Below, in pieces: positions 1 to 12,442 of a stretch of 64,000 nucleotides of DNA. The stretch comes from Selaginella moellendorffii (Eukaryota; Plantae; Lycopodiophyta). The stretch spans positions 1,432,831 to 1,496,830 of the forward strand of contig NW_003314278.1 in the NCBI RefSeq assembly GCF_000143415.4, read 5' to 3'. The notes beneath the pieces were generated by a model that was not told the DNA's origin, did not search any database, and saw only the letters and a program-made list of their open reading frames with translations. A program made the translations under genes and the position numbers. How positions within the stretch are numbered: position 1 is the stretch's first letter; every line of letters begins with the position of its first letter.

Positions 1-573
1 CATATCAGCCAGGCCATGGAGACTTTCTATGCCATGCCCGAGAGGGACGTTGTAAGCTGGACGATCATGTTGCAAGCCTTCGCTCAAAACGGAGATCTGG
101 CCCGAGCAAGCTTTCTCTTCGAGGCAATGCCGATGAAGAACTCTGTGTCCTGGACTGCGATGGTGCAAGGCTACGCTTGCAGTGGCTTTGCGGCGTCAGC
201 ACTGGAAGCCTGCTCGAGGATGAAGATGGACGGCGAGCAACCGAATGAAATGACTTTCCTTGGAGCTCTGGCTGCGTGTTGTTACCTGGGGCTGCTGGAT
301 CAAGGCTGGAAGAACTTTGTGTCGCTGAAGCAGGACTTTGGAGTGGCTGCGAGTGCTCAGCACTTCAACAGCATGGTTGATCTCCTGGGCCGAGCTGGCA
401 GGGTGGAGGAGGCCGAGAGTTTGCTCAAAACCATGCCGTTTGATCCCGACCATGCTACATGGACGAGCTTGTTGGATGCGCGTAGAAGCCAGCGCGATGA
501 GCTCGAGCCACTTATCTTTCTCCACGAAAGCCAGACTCCTCGTTGTAAACTGACAGTGCGAGAAAAAACTTAG
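1..573 (+). CDS. PLS-class pentatricopeptide repeat protein, 3' part (5' end lies outside the window); truncated E domain, no DYW
   Basis: Repeats MPERDVVSWTIML.., MPMKNSVSWTAMV.., PNEMTFLGALAAC, HFNSMVDLLGRAGRVEEAE..MPFDPD..TWTSLL; the frame is open back to base 1. Confidence 0.85.
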   Translation, partial: HISQAMETFYAMPERDVVSWTIMLQAFAQNGDLARASFLFEAMPMKNSVSWTAMVQGYACSGFAASALEACSRMKMDGEQPNEMTFLGALAACCYLGLLDQGWKNFVSLKQDFGVAASAQHFNSMVDLLGRAGRVEEAESLLKTMPFDPDHATWTSLLDARRSQRDELEPLIFLHESQTPRCKLTVREKT

Positions 574-606
574 CTTTCGACACTTTGCTTTGAAGGATCC
601 ATAGAT

Positions 607-1337
607 TTACAGGCCTTTGATTTGTTCCGTGAGTCCGGTCAAACTCGTCCACTTTTCAAGCGCTGTCGCGGAGGTGAAAAACGCGACCTTGGCCGATTGT
701 CCATCCTTGTTTGAAACTTTGCGAAGCAACACAAAGGTGTTAGAAAGCTTGCGAGAATTTCTGAAAAAGTCTAGCGTTACCAGCAGTTTGGAGTGTTTGT
801 AGAGAAGAGGTGAAGATCTCCGCTTGGCCTTGTTGCTCGGAATTCTTGCTCACCTGCATTGAATATAAACACGTAAAGCTCGACTTGTGATCTTGTGTTC
901 TTCCGCAAACCTTGGAAAATGCCTCTTTAGTCTTGGACACCCAATCAGCAGCTCCAAGGATGTTGCTGGCTTCCACAAAATCGTCCTTCTCGATGGCTTG
1001 CCCAGCTTTGCTCATCTGGTATACAGCATTCTGGACATAGGCTACACATGAAACATATAAGAACATCTCCAAAACTCAAGAACAAGAAAAGAAACCCACC
1101 TGTTTCATCCTTGAGACCGATCAAAGTCTCTCGCTTCTCCAGCCGCTTCTGCCGATCCCCCTTGACCTTCTCCAGAAGCTCCTCGTCATCGTCGGCCTCG
1201 ATCAATGCCGCCGCCTTGCGCGAAAGAATTGCCTCAAGGAGCGGCAGCGAAAGCATTGCCGCCGAGGAGAATGCCGCTCGACGACTGATCACCAGGGCTG
1301 GATTCCTCTTATCGAGACTCGCATTGTGCGATGCCAT
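607..1337 (-). CDS. MPH2: Thylakoid lumenal 16.5 kDa protein (MPH2/TL16.5 family), 4 exons
   Basis: Twin-Arg transit (SRRAAF), AALIEADDDEELLEKVKGDRQKRLE, YVQNAVYQMSKAGQAIEKDD, C-terminal EKWTSLTGLTEQIKGL*; GT-AG introns of ~50 bp. Confidence 0.85.
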
Positions 1338-1516
1338 AGCTATGGTGATCTTGTGGCACCCTAATTTCCCTGGAGCTGGATTAGCGCGCGTGAGAGGGAG
1401 TGCGCCATGCCCAGCCACTACTCCCGCCATATCCAACTGTGCTTAGGGTTGAGCCTCGTTACCTTTAAACATTAACTATAATTATTGGCATAATTTACAT
1501 CTCTTCAGCATAAGAA

Positions 1517-1600
1517 CCGATCTTAGCTCAGTTGGTAGAGCGGAGGACTGTAGTGTACACTGATATCCTTAGGTCGCTGGTTCGATTCCGGCAGATCGGA
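1517..1600 (+). tRNA. trnY-GUA: tRNA-Tyr(GTA) with 11-nt intron (1554-1564)
   Basis: CCGATCTTAGCTCAGTTGGTAGAGCGGAGGACTGTAG[tgtacactgat]ATCCTTAGGTCGCTGGTTCGATTCCGGCAGATCGGA; acceptor stem pairs; oligo-T Pol III terminator at ~1610. Confidence 0.95.
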
Positions 1601-1892
1601 TGCTAATAGTTTTTTTAAACGGGAAGATAAGACGGTCTATATTTTAACCATTTCTTTGTGTACGTCATAAAATAAACTGGAATATTCCTCCCTGGGTCTT
1701 CACTATCTTCTAAGTTATCGGAGAAGAACGCGCGCGCCTCGGGAGAGAGAGAGAGGGTTTCTTTCTCCAGCGCGTCCACCGAATGCTCTCGCGAGGTATG
1801 AGATTTTCCAGGGGGATGGAGCCGCGGCAGCGGCAGCGGCAGCTAGGGTTGACGATGACGACGACGAATTCCCCCGCCAAGCACAAGAATCC

Positions 1893-3457
1893 ATGGCCGC
1901 GATGCTGAAAGGCGTCAAGGAGGAGGCAGCTCGAGCTGTTGTTCGCGATGCCGCGCAGCGCGGCCACACCTGCATCGAGCTCCGCCGCGACGGCAAGCGC
2001 CCGATCTTCTTCTGCCTCGTCTGCGGCACTCGCAGCTACAACGACGATTCCTTGTGGAATCACCTCAAGGGAAATCTCCACGCGCGGCATTTGGCTGGGA
2101 GTGGCCTCGTGTCGCCAAAGCCCGACGATGAGAGGCAAGGCAGCGAGGCAGGCAGCATTGTGGGCGCTCAAAAGAGGATCTATGGGACCAAGAACCACCG
2201 GCATTCTTCCAAGATGGAAGTGGACAGCCCCAGCTCTAACACCTCTTCCTCTCTGGTGGCTCCATTAAATCTGGTTGCTCTGCCGGAGCTTCCACTCCAG
2301 CTGGTCGATCAAGGGCAGATGTTCGTCAAGGTCCGGCCTGGTGCTCAGTTCGTGGAGGCTTGCTGGCTGGAGAAGCGAGTGCTTGTGAAGCAGCAGCAAA
2401 GCGGCCAGGCCGAGTATGGACTCGTCGTGTTTCCATACAGCGAAGGACTCGGCAAAGGCGTGGTGCTGTGTTCTTCCGCCAAAGAAGAGACTGGGGAGAA
2501 CAATAGCGGCAGTGCTCCTCGAGCTATGGCGATTGTCGAGCAGCAGGCAAAGAAAGGGACGAGGGGCCGGAAGCGCACGAAGCAAACCGAGAGGATTTGC
2601 TTCATCTGCCGGCAAAAGATGGTCGCTGGGAAGGATGTTGCCACGCTTCTCAACATGAGCAACAGGCAAATGATGTGTCACAGTCGAAACTGGCTCGGGG
2701 TATGTTCTTTCTTCCTTGTTCTTGTTTGTCATCCCACTTTCGTGATTTCTATGGTGTTCTTGGGTTTAACTTCTCTAGTTTTTTGGTTGCAGGCTTTCCA
2801 CGTCTATCACACTTACTGTCTCATCAACTGGATCTTGTTGTTTGACGCTAAGTTCTGGATGGGACACTCGCTGCACTTCAGCCGGAACTTCCGCAAGAGC
2901 CTCCAGAGTGTCGGGCAGCAGCACCTCAATCACCAGGACAAGCCGATCTTCTGTCCGGAGTGTCAAGGGACAGGATTTCGATTCAATGGTGGACATCTCG
3001 AACCTCCTCGATATCGATTAGCTCAGGTAGAGTCTTTTTCCTTGTCCCGCGTTCCTTAGTTCTGTGGCTTGTTTGCAAAACAGATATTTGACTGGGTCCT
3101 GGAACTAGTTCAAGCGAGAAAGGTTTGGATAGACCGTCTCGGTCAAGAAATTACAGGACTGATGTTCCACGCCTCATCAAAGGTGAATAAATCGAAGTTG
3201 CGTGCTTTTCTTTTTGTCCTGATGAAGCGTGTCGCTGGTGTTTGGTTGAAGGGGATAGGCCATCCACGGGATTTCGAAAGCTCACTGGTTCTCCCTAGGG
3301 GAATGTTACGATTCTTTTACTCACAGCCTGACAGGTAAAAGGTTTATTTTTTCTTGTTGTAAGATCGTGGTACTGATAGAAATCTCTCTTTCTCAGCAAG
3401 CTTGATGTTCTCCGGATAGACAACGATGGGACCGCAAGTATGGAAGTTGACGTCTAG
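1893..3457 (+). CDS. Conserved plant protein with N-terminal C2H2-like zinc finger and RING-like Cys/His domain, 5 exons
   Basis: ELRRDGKRPIFFCLVC..HLKGNLH; CFICRQKM..MCHSRN..AFHVYHTYCLINW..FCPECQG; exons ~1893-2699, 2793-3026, 3084-3182, 3252-3333, 3398-3457. Confidence 0.7.
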
Positions 3458-3570
3458 TTTTCGCTCGATCCAAAAGTATGTATATGTATATATATATCTT
3501 TTACACTCGCAGTCGCAGTTCAGACAGCAAACCGCAAACTTCTCTCTCAATCTCTTGTCGACGATCGCCA

Positions 3571-4428
3571 TCACCGCTTACAGGCAAGCTCGATCGTGCT
3601 CTCCTCTGAAAGTGTGGGATTTAAGCAGAGCTTCCTGGCATCGTTGTAGCCAATCAGCGCGTTCTCAAAGTCGGCATTCTCCAGATTGGCTCCTTGGAAA
3701 GTGGAGCCGGACAGGACGGTGTTCCGGAAAACGGCACCTTTCATATCGGCCTTGTCGAAGACAACCCGGTCAAGGACAGCGTTGGTGAAATCAGTTCCTG
3801 CGATTCAAAGTTTTGAGAAGCCAGCGCCAGGGAAGAAAACGATCACCTTTGAAGCTGCCCCCGACGGCGTAGGCTTTGGACATGACCACCTCGGTCATGT
3901 CCGCGCCATCGAACTTGGCGTCGGCCATGAGAGCTGCGGACAGCGTCTTGCCTTTGAGCCCCTCCTTGTTATCCGTGAAGTCGCAGAAGCGAAGATCCAG
4001 GAGCTTGTCCGCGACGCCGTTGGCCTGGCCGATGGTGTTGCCCACGAAGGCGCGCTCGCAGCGCCTGGGATCATTCGAGAGTGGTGGTAGCCTCACCTGG
4101 AAAGGAAAGAAACTTACAAACTTTCAAGAACTCGCGGGAAGAACCGGAAGTACTCTCTCACCTCGGCAATGGAAGAAAACGCTGTTGTAGCGATCGCGAA
4201 TCCAGCGCAGAGGCCGCAGGCTAGAGCTCCGAGAGTGCTCCTTCTGGAGCCATCTTGTTCTCCCGCTGCTGCGAATCACAGCGCAGCGGAGAGAAATTTG
4301 GATCTCTGGAGGAATGCGCGTTACTCACCAGCGCAGCACCGAACGAGCACTGCCCGCCGCGAGCGATTTAAGCAAGAGCGGGCGCTTGGAGCCGAGAAGC
4401 TTGGATGTTGCCGCAAAGAAGCCGCCAT
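3571..4428 (-). CDS. TL17: Thylakoid lumenal 17.4 kDa pentapeptide-repeat protein
   Basis: RLPPLSNDPRRCERAFVGNTIGQANGV.DK.LDLRFC, SAALMADAKFDGADMTEVVMSKAYAVG, TDFTNAVLDRV.., ends IELACKR*. Confidence 0.9.
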
Positions 4429-4450
4429 AGCTTGAGAGGAAGACGCCGTC

Positions 4451-4477
4451 CACGTGGAGGATCAAGCGCTGACGTGG
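4451..4477. promoter_or_regulatory. G-box (CACGTG) and ACGT-core element (TGACGTGG) just upstream of TL17
   Basis: Motifs seen directly, 23-50 bp upstream of the ATG; function inferred. Confidence 0.35.
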
Positions 4478-4973
4478 CCCTAAAATCGCGACACTTTGCC
4501 CTAAAATCTACCTAGATTTTAGTTGGAGAGCTAGAGTGCAGTGGAATGGATAGGCAGAATGATCACGATTCCTTTCCAAGCTAGGAAACCGATGGCCAAC
4601 CGGCGATCCGACGGCCAGCGTGCGGCCCGGGGTGCGCATCCGACGGCCCAGCGCCGCTTGCTTCGTACAGCACCCAAAAGAAGAGAAGGGAATGGATGGA
4701 AATGCCAAAGTTTGGTGATTTGGCGCGCTTCTCGGCTGGTGGAATTGTTGTTCTGTCTTTGTGCTCCGACTACTCTCTCTCTCTTGCTTGCCTTGGTCCT
4801 CAAGTGTGTGTGGCCACGCAGTTTGTTGGCTGTTCTTGTCTGCTGGAAACCTTGGCCCCGGGTATAAATGGCTGCCATCGTCACTCCGGAATTTCCATCG
4901 CCGGGATCGCAGCTCGGGAGTTCTCAGCTCGAGCTCTTCATTCGTTTGCTTCGTCTTTGCTCGGGAAGAGGCA

Positions 4974-6970
4974 ATGCACTCCACCATGCTGCTGCTCGCC
5001 ATCGGCATTGTTCTTGCGCTCGCACAGGGAGTCCAAGCCGGAGTTACCAGGCACTACAACTTCACGGTGAGTAGAATGGGTCTTTCTTCTCCAGAGTGGA
5101 TGGATGAAACTCGCGGCCTTGTTTGCTAGATCCAATCGCACAAAGTGAGCAAGCTCTGCAGCACCAAGCACATAATCTCAGTGAACCGAAAGTTTCCAGG
5201 ACCAACGATTCACCTCGACGAGGGCGATCGCGTTGTCGTCAAAGTCACGAACCGAGTCCCACACAACATGACCATACACTGGTAAGTCCTGAAGCAAAGA
5301 AGAAAATTAAAGAGAGATGATTGAATTCTCGAGAGTTTATACCAGGCATGGAGTGAGGCAACTGCGATCCGCCTGGTTTGATGGACCCGCCTACATCACC
5401 CAGTGCCCGATCCAGCCAAACCAGACGTTCACGTACAACTTCACGGTCACCGAGCAGCGAGGAACTCTGTGGTGGCACGCGCACATCAACTGGCTGAGAG
5501 CAACCGTGCATGGAGCCTTCATCATCCATCCAAAGCCCGGCCTCGGCTACCCCTTTCCAAAGCCCGAGAAGGAAGTTCCACTCGTCTTCAGTAAGAGACC
5601 GCACTAGAAACCCGATGAGCTTGTCTAACTTTGAGAGTTTTCCGTCCAGGCGAGTGGTGGAAGAGCGACGTTTTCAAAGTCGTCAAGCAAGCGCTTGGAA
5701 CCGGCGGCGGTCCAAACATCTCGGATGCCTTCACCATCAATGGAAAACCCGGGCCTCTCTACAATTGCTCCTCCCAAGGTGCGCTGATCGTTTCCAGACC
5801 TCCTTTCTGGACAGCTAACGAGTTTATATCGCAGATGTCTTCGTCCTCAATGCTCTTCCTGGGAAAACTTATCTCCTCCGGCTCGTGAACGCTGTCCTCA
5901 ACACGGAGCTCTTCTTCGCCATAGCCAACCACACTCTAACCGTGGTGGAAGCGGACGCTGGCTACGTCAAGCCTTTCAACACCAACGTCGTGGTGATTGC
6001 TCCAGGGCAGACCATGAACCTGTTGGTGACTGCCAACCAAGCTCCAGGACGCTACTTCATGGCTGCTCACTCGTACGAGTCGGGCCAAAACGTAACCTTT
6101 GACAACACCACCGTCACCGCCATTTTCCAGTACCAGCAAGCTTCTTCTTCGTCCCCCCCAGTTCTCCCGCCTCTCCCGTTTTTCAACGACACCAAACCAG
6201 TCACGGCCTTCAACAATAAGCTGAGGAAGCTCGCAACTCCTGAGGATCCCATCGCGGTTCCACAGACTGTCGACCAGCACCTCTTCTTCACGGTTGGCCT
6301 GGCCGTCGAGAACTGTCCACCGGGAGCCTCAAACAAAACTTGTCAGGGACCTAACGGCGGAAGGTTTGCTGCTTCTGTCAACAACATCACCTTCACGGTG
6401 CCAACAACGGCCATTCTTCAAGCTCACTACTTCAACACCCCCGGCGTCTACAGCACTGATTTCCCCTTCTCGCCTTTGGTGAAGTTCAACTACACGGGCC
6501 CGTCACTCAAGAACCTCAACTCCATCAATGGAACCCGGACGAAAGTAGCGGTCCTTCCTTACGGAGCCAATGTCGAGCTCATTTTGCAAGATACCAGCAT
6601 CGTCACGACTGAAAGCCATCCGATCCACTTGCATGGCTACAACTTCTACGTCGTTGGAACGGGGTTTGGAAACTACAACTCTTCCCTGGCGTCCACATTC
6701 AACCTCGTTGATCCACCGGAGAGGAACACTATCGGAGTACCCGTTGGAGGATGGGCCGCACTGAGATTCAAGACAGACAATCCCGGTTAGTAGTTTCGCT
6801 GAAGCAAAGAAAACTTACTTTGTTCCTTCTCTTTCGCAGGGGCTTGGTTCATGCATTGCCACTTGGAAATCCACCAATCTTGGGGACTGGATACAGCCTT
6901 TATCGTCAACAATGGAAAGGGTCCTTCGCAATCACTACAGCCACCACCGGCAGATCTTCCCAAGTGCTAA
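4974..6970 (+). CDS. LAC: Laccase (multicopper oxidase), 6 exons, signal peptide
   Basis: Copper ligands [27 protein letters not shown]; GPAYITQCP; PPERNT; ends PPPADLPKC*; TATAAAT at 4863. Confidence 0.95.
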
Positions 6971-7080
6971 AAGCAGTAAAATCGCTGCAAAAGAGTATGT
7001 TTTGTTTTGCTTGAATCTTTTTTTGTAACATCCAAGATGTGAGAAAATAAAGAACCAACTTGAGATTACCTCGGCTCCCC

Positions 7081-7935
7081 TCAAGTACATAGAAACGGAA
7101 AGGGACAAACTATCAAGCTTAGCACTAGAGCTGAAACACCAGCAATTATATGCTTTGAGCTTGGAGGCTTTACTCCATCAGCGTGAGGAGCAACAGGCCC
7201 GCCTTGGAGAAAAACGTCGCTGAAGTTAAGCCAAGTAGAGCAATAGAAACACCATCCAATCAAGACCACCACTGAAAAATAAAAAAAAACAACCTTTTTC
7301 CCCCAGAGTGCTTGATTGCATTTATCAGCAAGCCAGAGCACGCTGAGAGAATTACTGGATTAATGGATATGGTGGAAAGAGCATCACCAAGTAAGAACTT
7401 CGCTGCATCAGTCGTTAGTCCATCACAACGTAATATCAAAGCCGATTTACCTGAGTCTTGAACGATTGATGAACTGAGAAGAAGCCCGTCTCCTTGTTCG
7501 GGTGTCAACAAGCGCCCAACAAACAACAATGATTGCCAGCAAGAAAACTGCACCGGTGACAAGATAACTCCACGAGCTCTAATCTGTTTTTCAGCACCGT
7601 GATTCCACCGAATGACCCGAAAACAAGAGATCAAAGAAAAAGTTCTCGAGTACCTGCCAGCTCGGAATACGATGCTTGCTCTAATTCACTTCGCAGCAAC
7701 GTAGTGGCCCATTGTGTGCAAGGAGAACTGGCGCTCTCGGCACAGCTGTTCGAAGATAAGACTTCAAGAAGCATGTTTAGAACTCCCGCAGTATTTTAAG
7801 CTCCAACAGCCAGCTCATAGTAAGCGAGAACGTATCGAAGCCGAAAACCTGGTTATGAATCGTTTCCAGGTCCTCTTTCGGGATTTTGATGCTTTCGAGT
7901 GGTGCCTTTCAAGATCAAAATCGTCTCTAGAAAAA
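7081..7935 (-). pseudogene. Deleted duplicate of the 3' two-thirds of EGY2
   Basis: Colinear with 10254-11860 (STISINPVILSA, GPVAPHAD..PPSSKHI, CPFPFL), with many internal deletions and frameshifts. Confidence 0.85.
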
Positions 7936-8199
7936 GAAGGAGCTCTTCGTTGCTAAAGCTATATCACCTTATCTATTCAATGATGTTCAAGATTTTGATG
8001 GTTTGGTGGGCGCTACATGTCTCGATTAAGGGCGTCGTGGGTTCGAGCTATCAAACTAAGAGTTATCAAAATTTGTGTTGTCCAGCACTACAGCTTCCTC
8101 ACTCTAAATCAACATAAGTCTGGACCTTGCAAAAAAAAGTCATGTCTTCCAAGCTTTTCCAGTGGATCACTCCACGCATAAGGCGTCCTGCTCAAAGCG

Positions 8200-9900
8200 G
8201 CTCAGCCAACCAACATTCACAAGCAAATACCAGAAAACTCACACGCACGCAGTTGGAGTAGTTTCCACGTCCGTGTCAGTCGTCCGCCTTCGCTTGCGGA
8301 TACAGCACTCTGGCATATTATTGCCTGATTTCTGCAAAATAAAAAAAATGTCAAGAATGTTGATATGCACAGAAGTGTTTACCGCCATCAGTTTCAAGCT
8401 CTCATCAATGCCGCCCCTGTACTCCTGCAGCTTTTCCAGGTTCTCCATGTTGCTCTCGAGCACCTTAAACTTCACCTTGTACTGAGGAAGATTGGGCAGC
8501 ATCAGCTCATCTCTTCCAGGTCTGGTAGCCGAAGTGAGTATAGCTGGTCTCCGATGTCATAAAATACAGCCCCACAACTCCTATGCTGTTTTGACGTAGG
8601 AAGCCTACCAGCATGTAAACTGGGTGCCAGACAACAGTCCTACGTGTCTTGGCCAGAGTCGACTGCAGGAGGAACGTAACTTGCCGCTTGAAGTCGATGA
8701 AAACGCTGTCTACGACAGCCTCCGTCTGCAACCTTGGGCCAGAAATAAGCTGCCTTCACACCTTTGTCCAGGCAATCTATGATCTTCTCCTCCAAATCCT
8801 CAAAACTGGAGTAGAAATACACGTGAAGATCCTGCACTGGCACGATGCGCTTGTATGCTACAAGACGCGGCGAGGTCCCGTGGCGGATTTCAGAGGAGAG
8901 ATCATGGAACTGCTGATTCATCTCACGTTTCCAAAGTTCCTCGCTGACTGTGAGCAGATCCTGCCCCGGACCATGCCCGCTCGAGCTTCAGGCAACGTCC
9001 AAAAGCTGGTGGTCGATGAGCAGGAGGCACGTAAGTTTCAAAAGCTGTTCCATTATAAACTTCAGGCCAATCTTCGTGTAACCTTCAGCCCAATAAGATC
9101 CTCTGTCCAGGAGGACAGCGAAATCCGGGAACTCCTTGTCCAGATAATAGGGAACCACAGAGATCACGGAGAGCAGTGATTTTTCGCGTTCGGTTTCAGC
9201 CTTCAGCTCTTTGAGAACAGGAAGGAACCGCCGTGGTTTCTGGAACGTAAGCCTTGGAACAAAACCAGCATAGTAAACGTGCCGCTGCACATCGCCCCAA
9301 TCTAGTTCCCCCCTAAACACAAGTTTGCAGCTCTTGTTCACGTTCATGACCACAACGAGAACTTATGCAATCTTCAAAGAGAAGAAGCTTTATTTTGTGG
9401 GGGATAGAGCTAAAGTTGGTGGGTACTTGAGTGCCCGATGATCTTCATAAGCGACGGTTGTGCTTTTGAGGGGCTCGGTTTCATAGCAGCCAACACGCTG
9501 CTGATTGCGGATCCTGATTAGCTTTTTCAAGTCGAGAGACGGTTACGATGTTTTTTACGGACGATTGTGAAATGACGAGGAGCTCAAGGAGTGCCACAAG
9601 CCAATCATCGTTTTTCCAGTCCCCCGAGTGCCCTGCAAAACGGGATAGCTGCCCCTCGTACCTCTTCCTGCTCACTCCCTTCCTTTCTTCCTGCTCACTC
9701 TCTTCCTCCGCACTCTCTTCTCTCTCGCGAAGCTCAAGCTCCGATTCCTTAAACAGCTCCACACATTCCTGACGAACATACGGGGTAGTCAAGCCTCAGC
9801 TTGAAGAGGCAGCCTGCTTCTGGCTCGTCCGCCTGGGCGGCACTCCACAAACCGCGAGTTGTAATAGCTCCCAAACACCTCGAACAAAACTGGAACAAAC
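8200..9900 (-). pseudogene. Fragmented coding-like sequence of unknown family between the duplicated blocks
   Basis: Chain of short same-strand ORFs (9481-9792, 8988-9353, 8640-8921, 8507-8731, 8239-8502) in shifting frames; no motif recognised. Confidence 0.4.
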
Positions 9901-9971
9901 ATCAGGTGGAAGAAGCCAGGGAGCTCAAGAACCCTAAAGCAACGTGAAGTCTTTCATGTCCTAACTTTATA

Positions 9972-10250
9972 AACAACATCACCTTCACGGTGCCAACGAC
10001 GGCTTCTTCAAGCTCACTGGCCCGGCACCCAAGAACCTCACCGACGAGAGTAGCATCCTTCCCTACGGAGCTCATTTTGCATGAAACCAGCATCATCACC
10101 GAAAGCCATTCCATCCACTTGCCCAAACTTGGGGACTGGATGCAGTCTTCCCAAATGCTAAGCGCAGTAAAATCGCGCACGTAAAAGAGTATATTTTGTT
10201 TTGCTTGAATTTTTTGAACATCAAAGATGTGAGAAATAACTTGAGTTAAC
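9972..10250 (+). pseudogene. Deleted remnant of the laccase 3' end and 3' UTR
   Basis: aacaacatcaccttcacggtgccaac... matches 6381 onward; ...cttcccaaatgctaa and the UTR match 6956-7070. Confidence 0.9.
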
Positions 10251-10253
10251 CCT

Positions 10254-12332
10254 TCAAGCAAATAGAAAGGGAAAGGGGCAGCAGACTAGCAAGCTTAGAA
10301 GTAGAGCTGAAACACCAGCAACTATATGCTTTGAGCTTGGAGGCGTTACCTCATCCGCGAGGGGAGCAATAGGCCCGCGTTGGAGAAAAACAACCAGGAC
10401 GACCCAGTAGAGCGCAACGTCGCTGAAAATTCCAGTTAAGCCAAGTAGAGCAATTGAGACACCAGTGAATCGAGACCACCCCTGAAAAAGAAAAGAAAAG
10501 ATACAAAAACAAGCTTTGAGTACGTAGCACTCAACTATAGAAGTTTACCTTCCTCCCCCAGAGTGCTTGAGCGATTCGTCCACCGTCAATCTCACCAATT
10601 GGAATGCAGTTGATTGCGTTTATCAGCAAGCCAGACCACGCTGAGAGGATCACTGGATTAATGGATATGGTGGAACCCTCCTTGAGAGCATCGCCAAGTA
10701 AGAGCTTCGCTGCATGCACAAGTCACAGTCGTTAGTCCATCACAACATAATATCAAAAGCCGATCTACCAATTCCTCCGACAAGAAGGGAGTCGTGGAAG
10801 ATTGATGAACTGACAAGAAGCCCGTCTCCTTTTTCGGGTGTCAACAAGAGCCCCACAACAATGATTGCCAGCGCGAGAACCGCGCCAGTGAGAGGACCCG
10901 ACGCAGCAATTTCCGCGAGCTCTGATCTGTTTTTCAGCACGCTTGTCACTCTGGTGATTCCACCAAATGACCCCAGCTGCAAATGAAAGCGAACAATAGA
11001 TCACAGAAAAAGTTCTCGAGTCCATCCATACCTGCCAGCTCGGAATGAAGTACGGCAACCCGATGCTTGCTCCATTTCTCTTGGCAGCAACGTAGTGGCC
11101 CGCTTCGTGCGCAAGGAGAACTGATAGAGTGACTAGCGCTCTCGGCACAGCATCCAATACCTGTTCGAAAGTAAAACTTCCTGTCCTGCAATGTTTTTTC
11201 ACACCACAGTATCAGTTTCAAGAAGTAGAGAAAATGTGAGAGCGAAAAAAAGGACAGGATAAAAAAGAAATCGAGGAGTTACAAGAGGCTCAGCTGCAGG
11301 GCAGGGGAGTTTCGAAGAAAAATGGTGACAAGTGAGACGAGCCCAAAGGCGCTAACTGTAAACCAGTCGGGTATAGCTGTGGAACCAAGCAAGCTTCTTA
11401 AGAATCGACACGAATTACCAACCGAGACCATTACCTCCTGGCTCAGTTTGCAAGGAGGTGTTTCTGACTATGGCCGCGAGAGGCTTGTCTCCCTCTGGAT
11501 CGGAGATGAAGAAAAGCTGGTACTCGTCTCCAAACTTTTCCTGGATGTTGGCAATCGTAAAAGCTTTTTTTTTGCGGAACACAAGCGATATCACGTACCT
11601 GTAGTCTGCTGCTTAGCTTGGCATGGCTTGCCGCAGGCTCCCCACGCATGTTTCCACGGAAGATAACTCCCGCCTGCATTGCAATGTCCTGAGCTCGAAC
11701 AGCAAACTAAACTCTAGCTTGTTACCTCATAGTACTCCTGGCTCGTAGCAAAGAACGTATCAAAGCCGAAAATCTGGTTACGAATGGTTTCCAGGACCTC
11801 CTTCGGGATTTTGATGCTTTCGAGCGGCGCCTTTCAAGAACAAAACCGTCGTAGTTAGAAGGAAACTCTTTGGTGCCAAAGTTACCTTGACTCCTGGAAG
11901 AGGAGACCCACTGATCACTTTAGAAGGCTCCTGTGAGCTAAAGACGAGAATTAAAACAAAAGGAACCAAGCAAAGAACGCGAGGAACGTACCGATACTTC
12001 AGCGGGAGGATCACTTCCTCCAGTCTCCACTCCCTAAGAAAAAAAAAAAAAAAAAAACGAAAGAACAGTCGCTTGTCAAGTGCTAGAACATTTCGATCTT
12101 AAATTCCAATGCCTTGTCCTCTTTGCTGCTCTCTTCCTTGTCGTCGGGCGACGCACGACAAGGTGCAATCAGGGGCCGAGGAGAGGGCCTCCATTTTCTA
12201 GAGACAAGAGATCAATCACCGAAAAGAGAACTCGATCGATCGAGACGCTACCTTGCGACAGCGCAACGCCTTCGAATCCTCAAATCGATGCCGCCGTATG
12301 ATCGATGCCGAGGGAACAATGGAGGGCGCCAT
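10254..12332 (-). CDS. EGY2: Chloroplast site-2 (M50) zinc metalloprotease EGY2, multi-exon
   Basis: HEAGH, LPYFIPSWQLGSFGGITR, SGPLTG, NCIPIGEIDGGR, FFQRGPIAPLADEV, QIFGLDTFFATSQEYYE.GVIFRGNMRG. Confidence 0.88.
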
Positions 12333-12442
12333 AGCCAGCTAGCAATCGCAGCCGCCATACCCAAAACCACGTCATGACACACGTAGGATCAAGCTAGCTC
12401 CACGCTGGCGTTTACTTTAGATTAAGTGGAGGATTTGCGTAA

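Noticed and set aside
607-12332. Functional cluster of thylakoid genes (MPH2, TL17, EGY2)
   Set aside because: Unrelated families interspersed with other genes; no evidence of co-regulation from sequence
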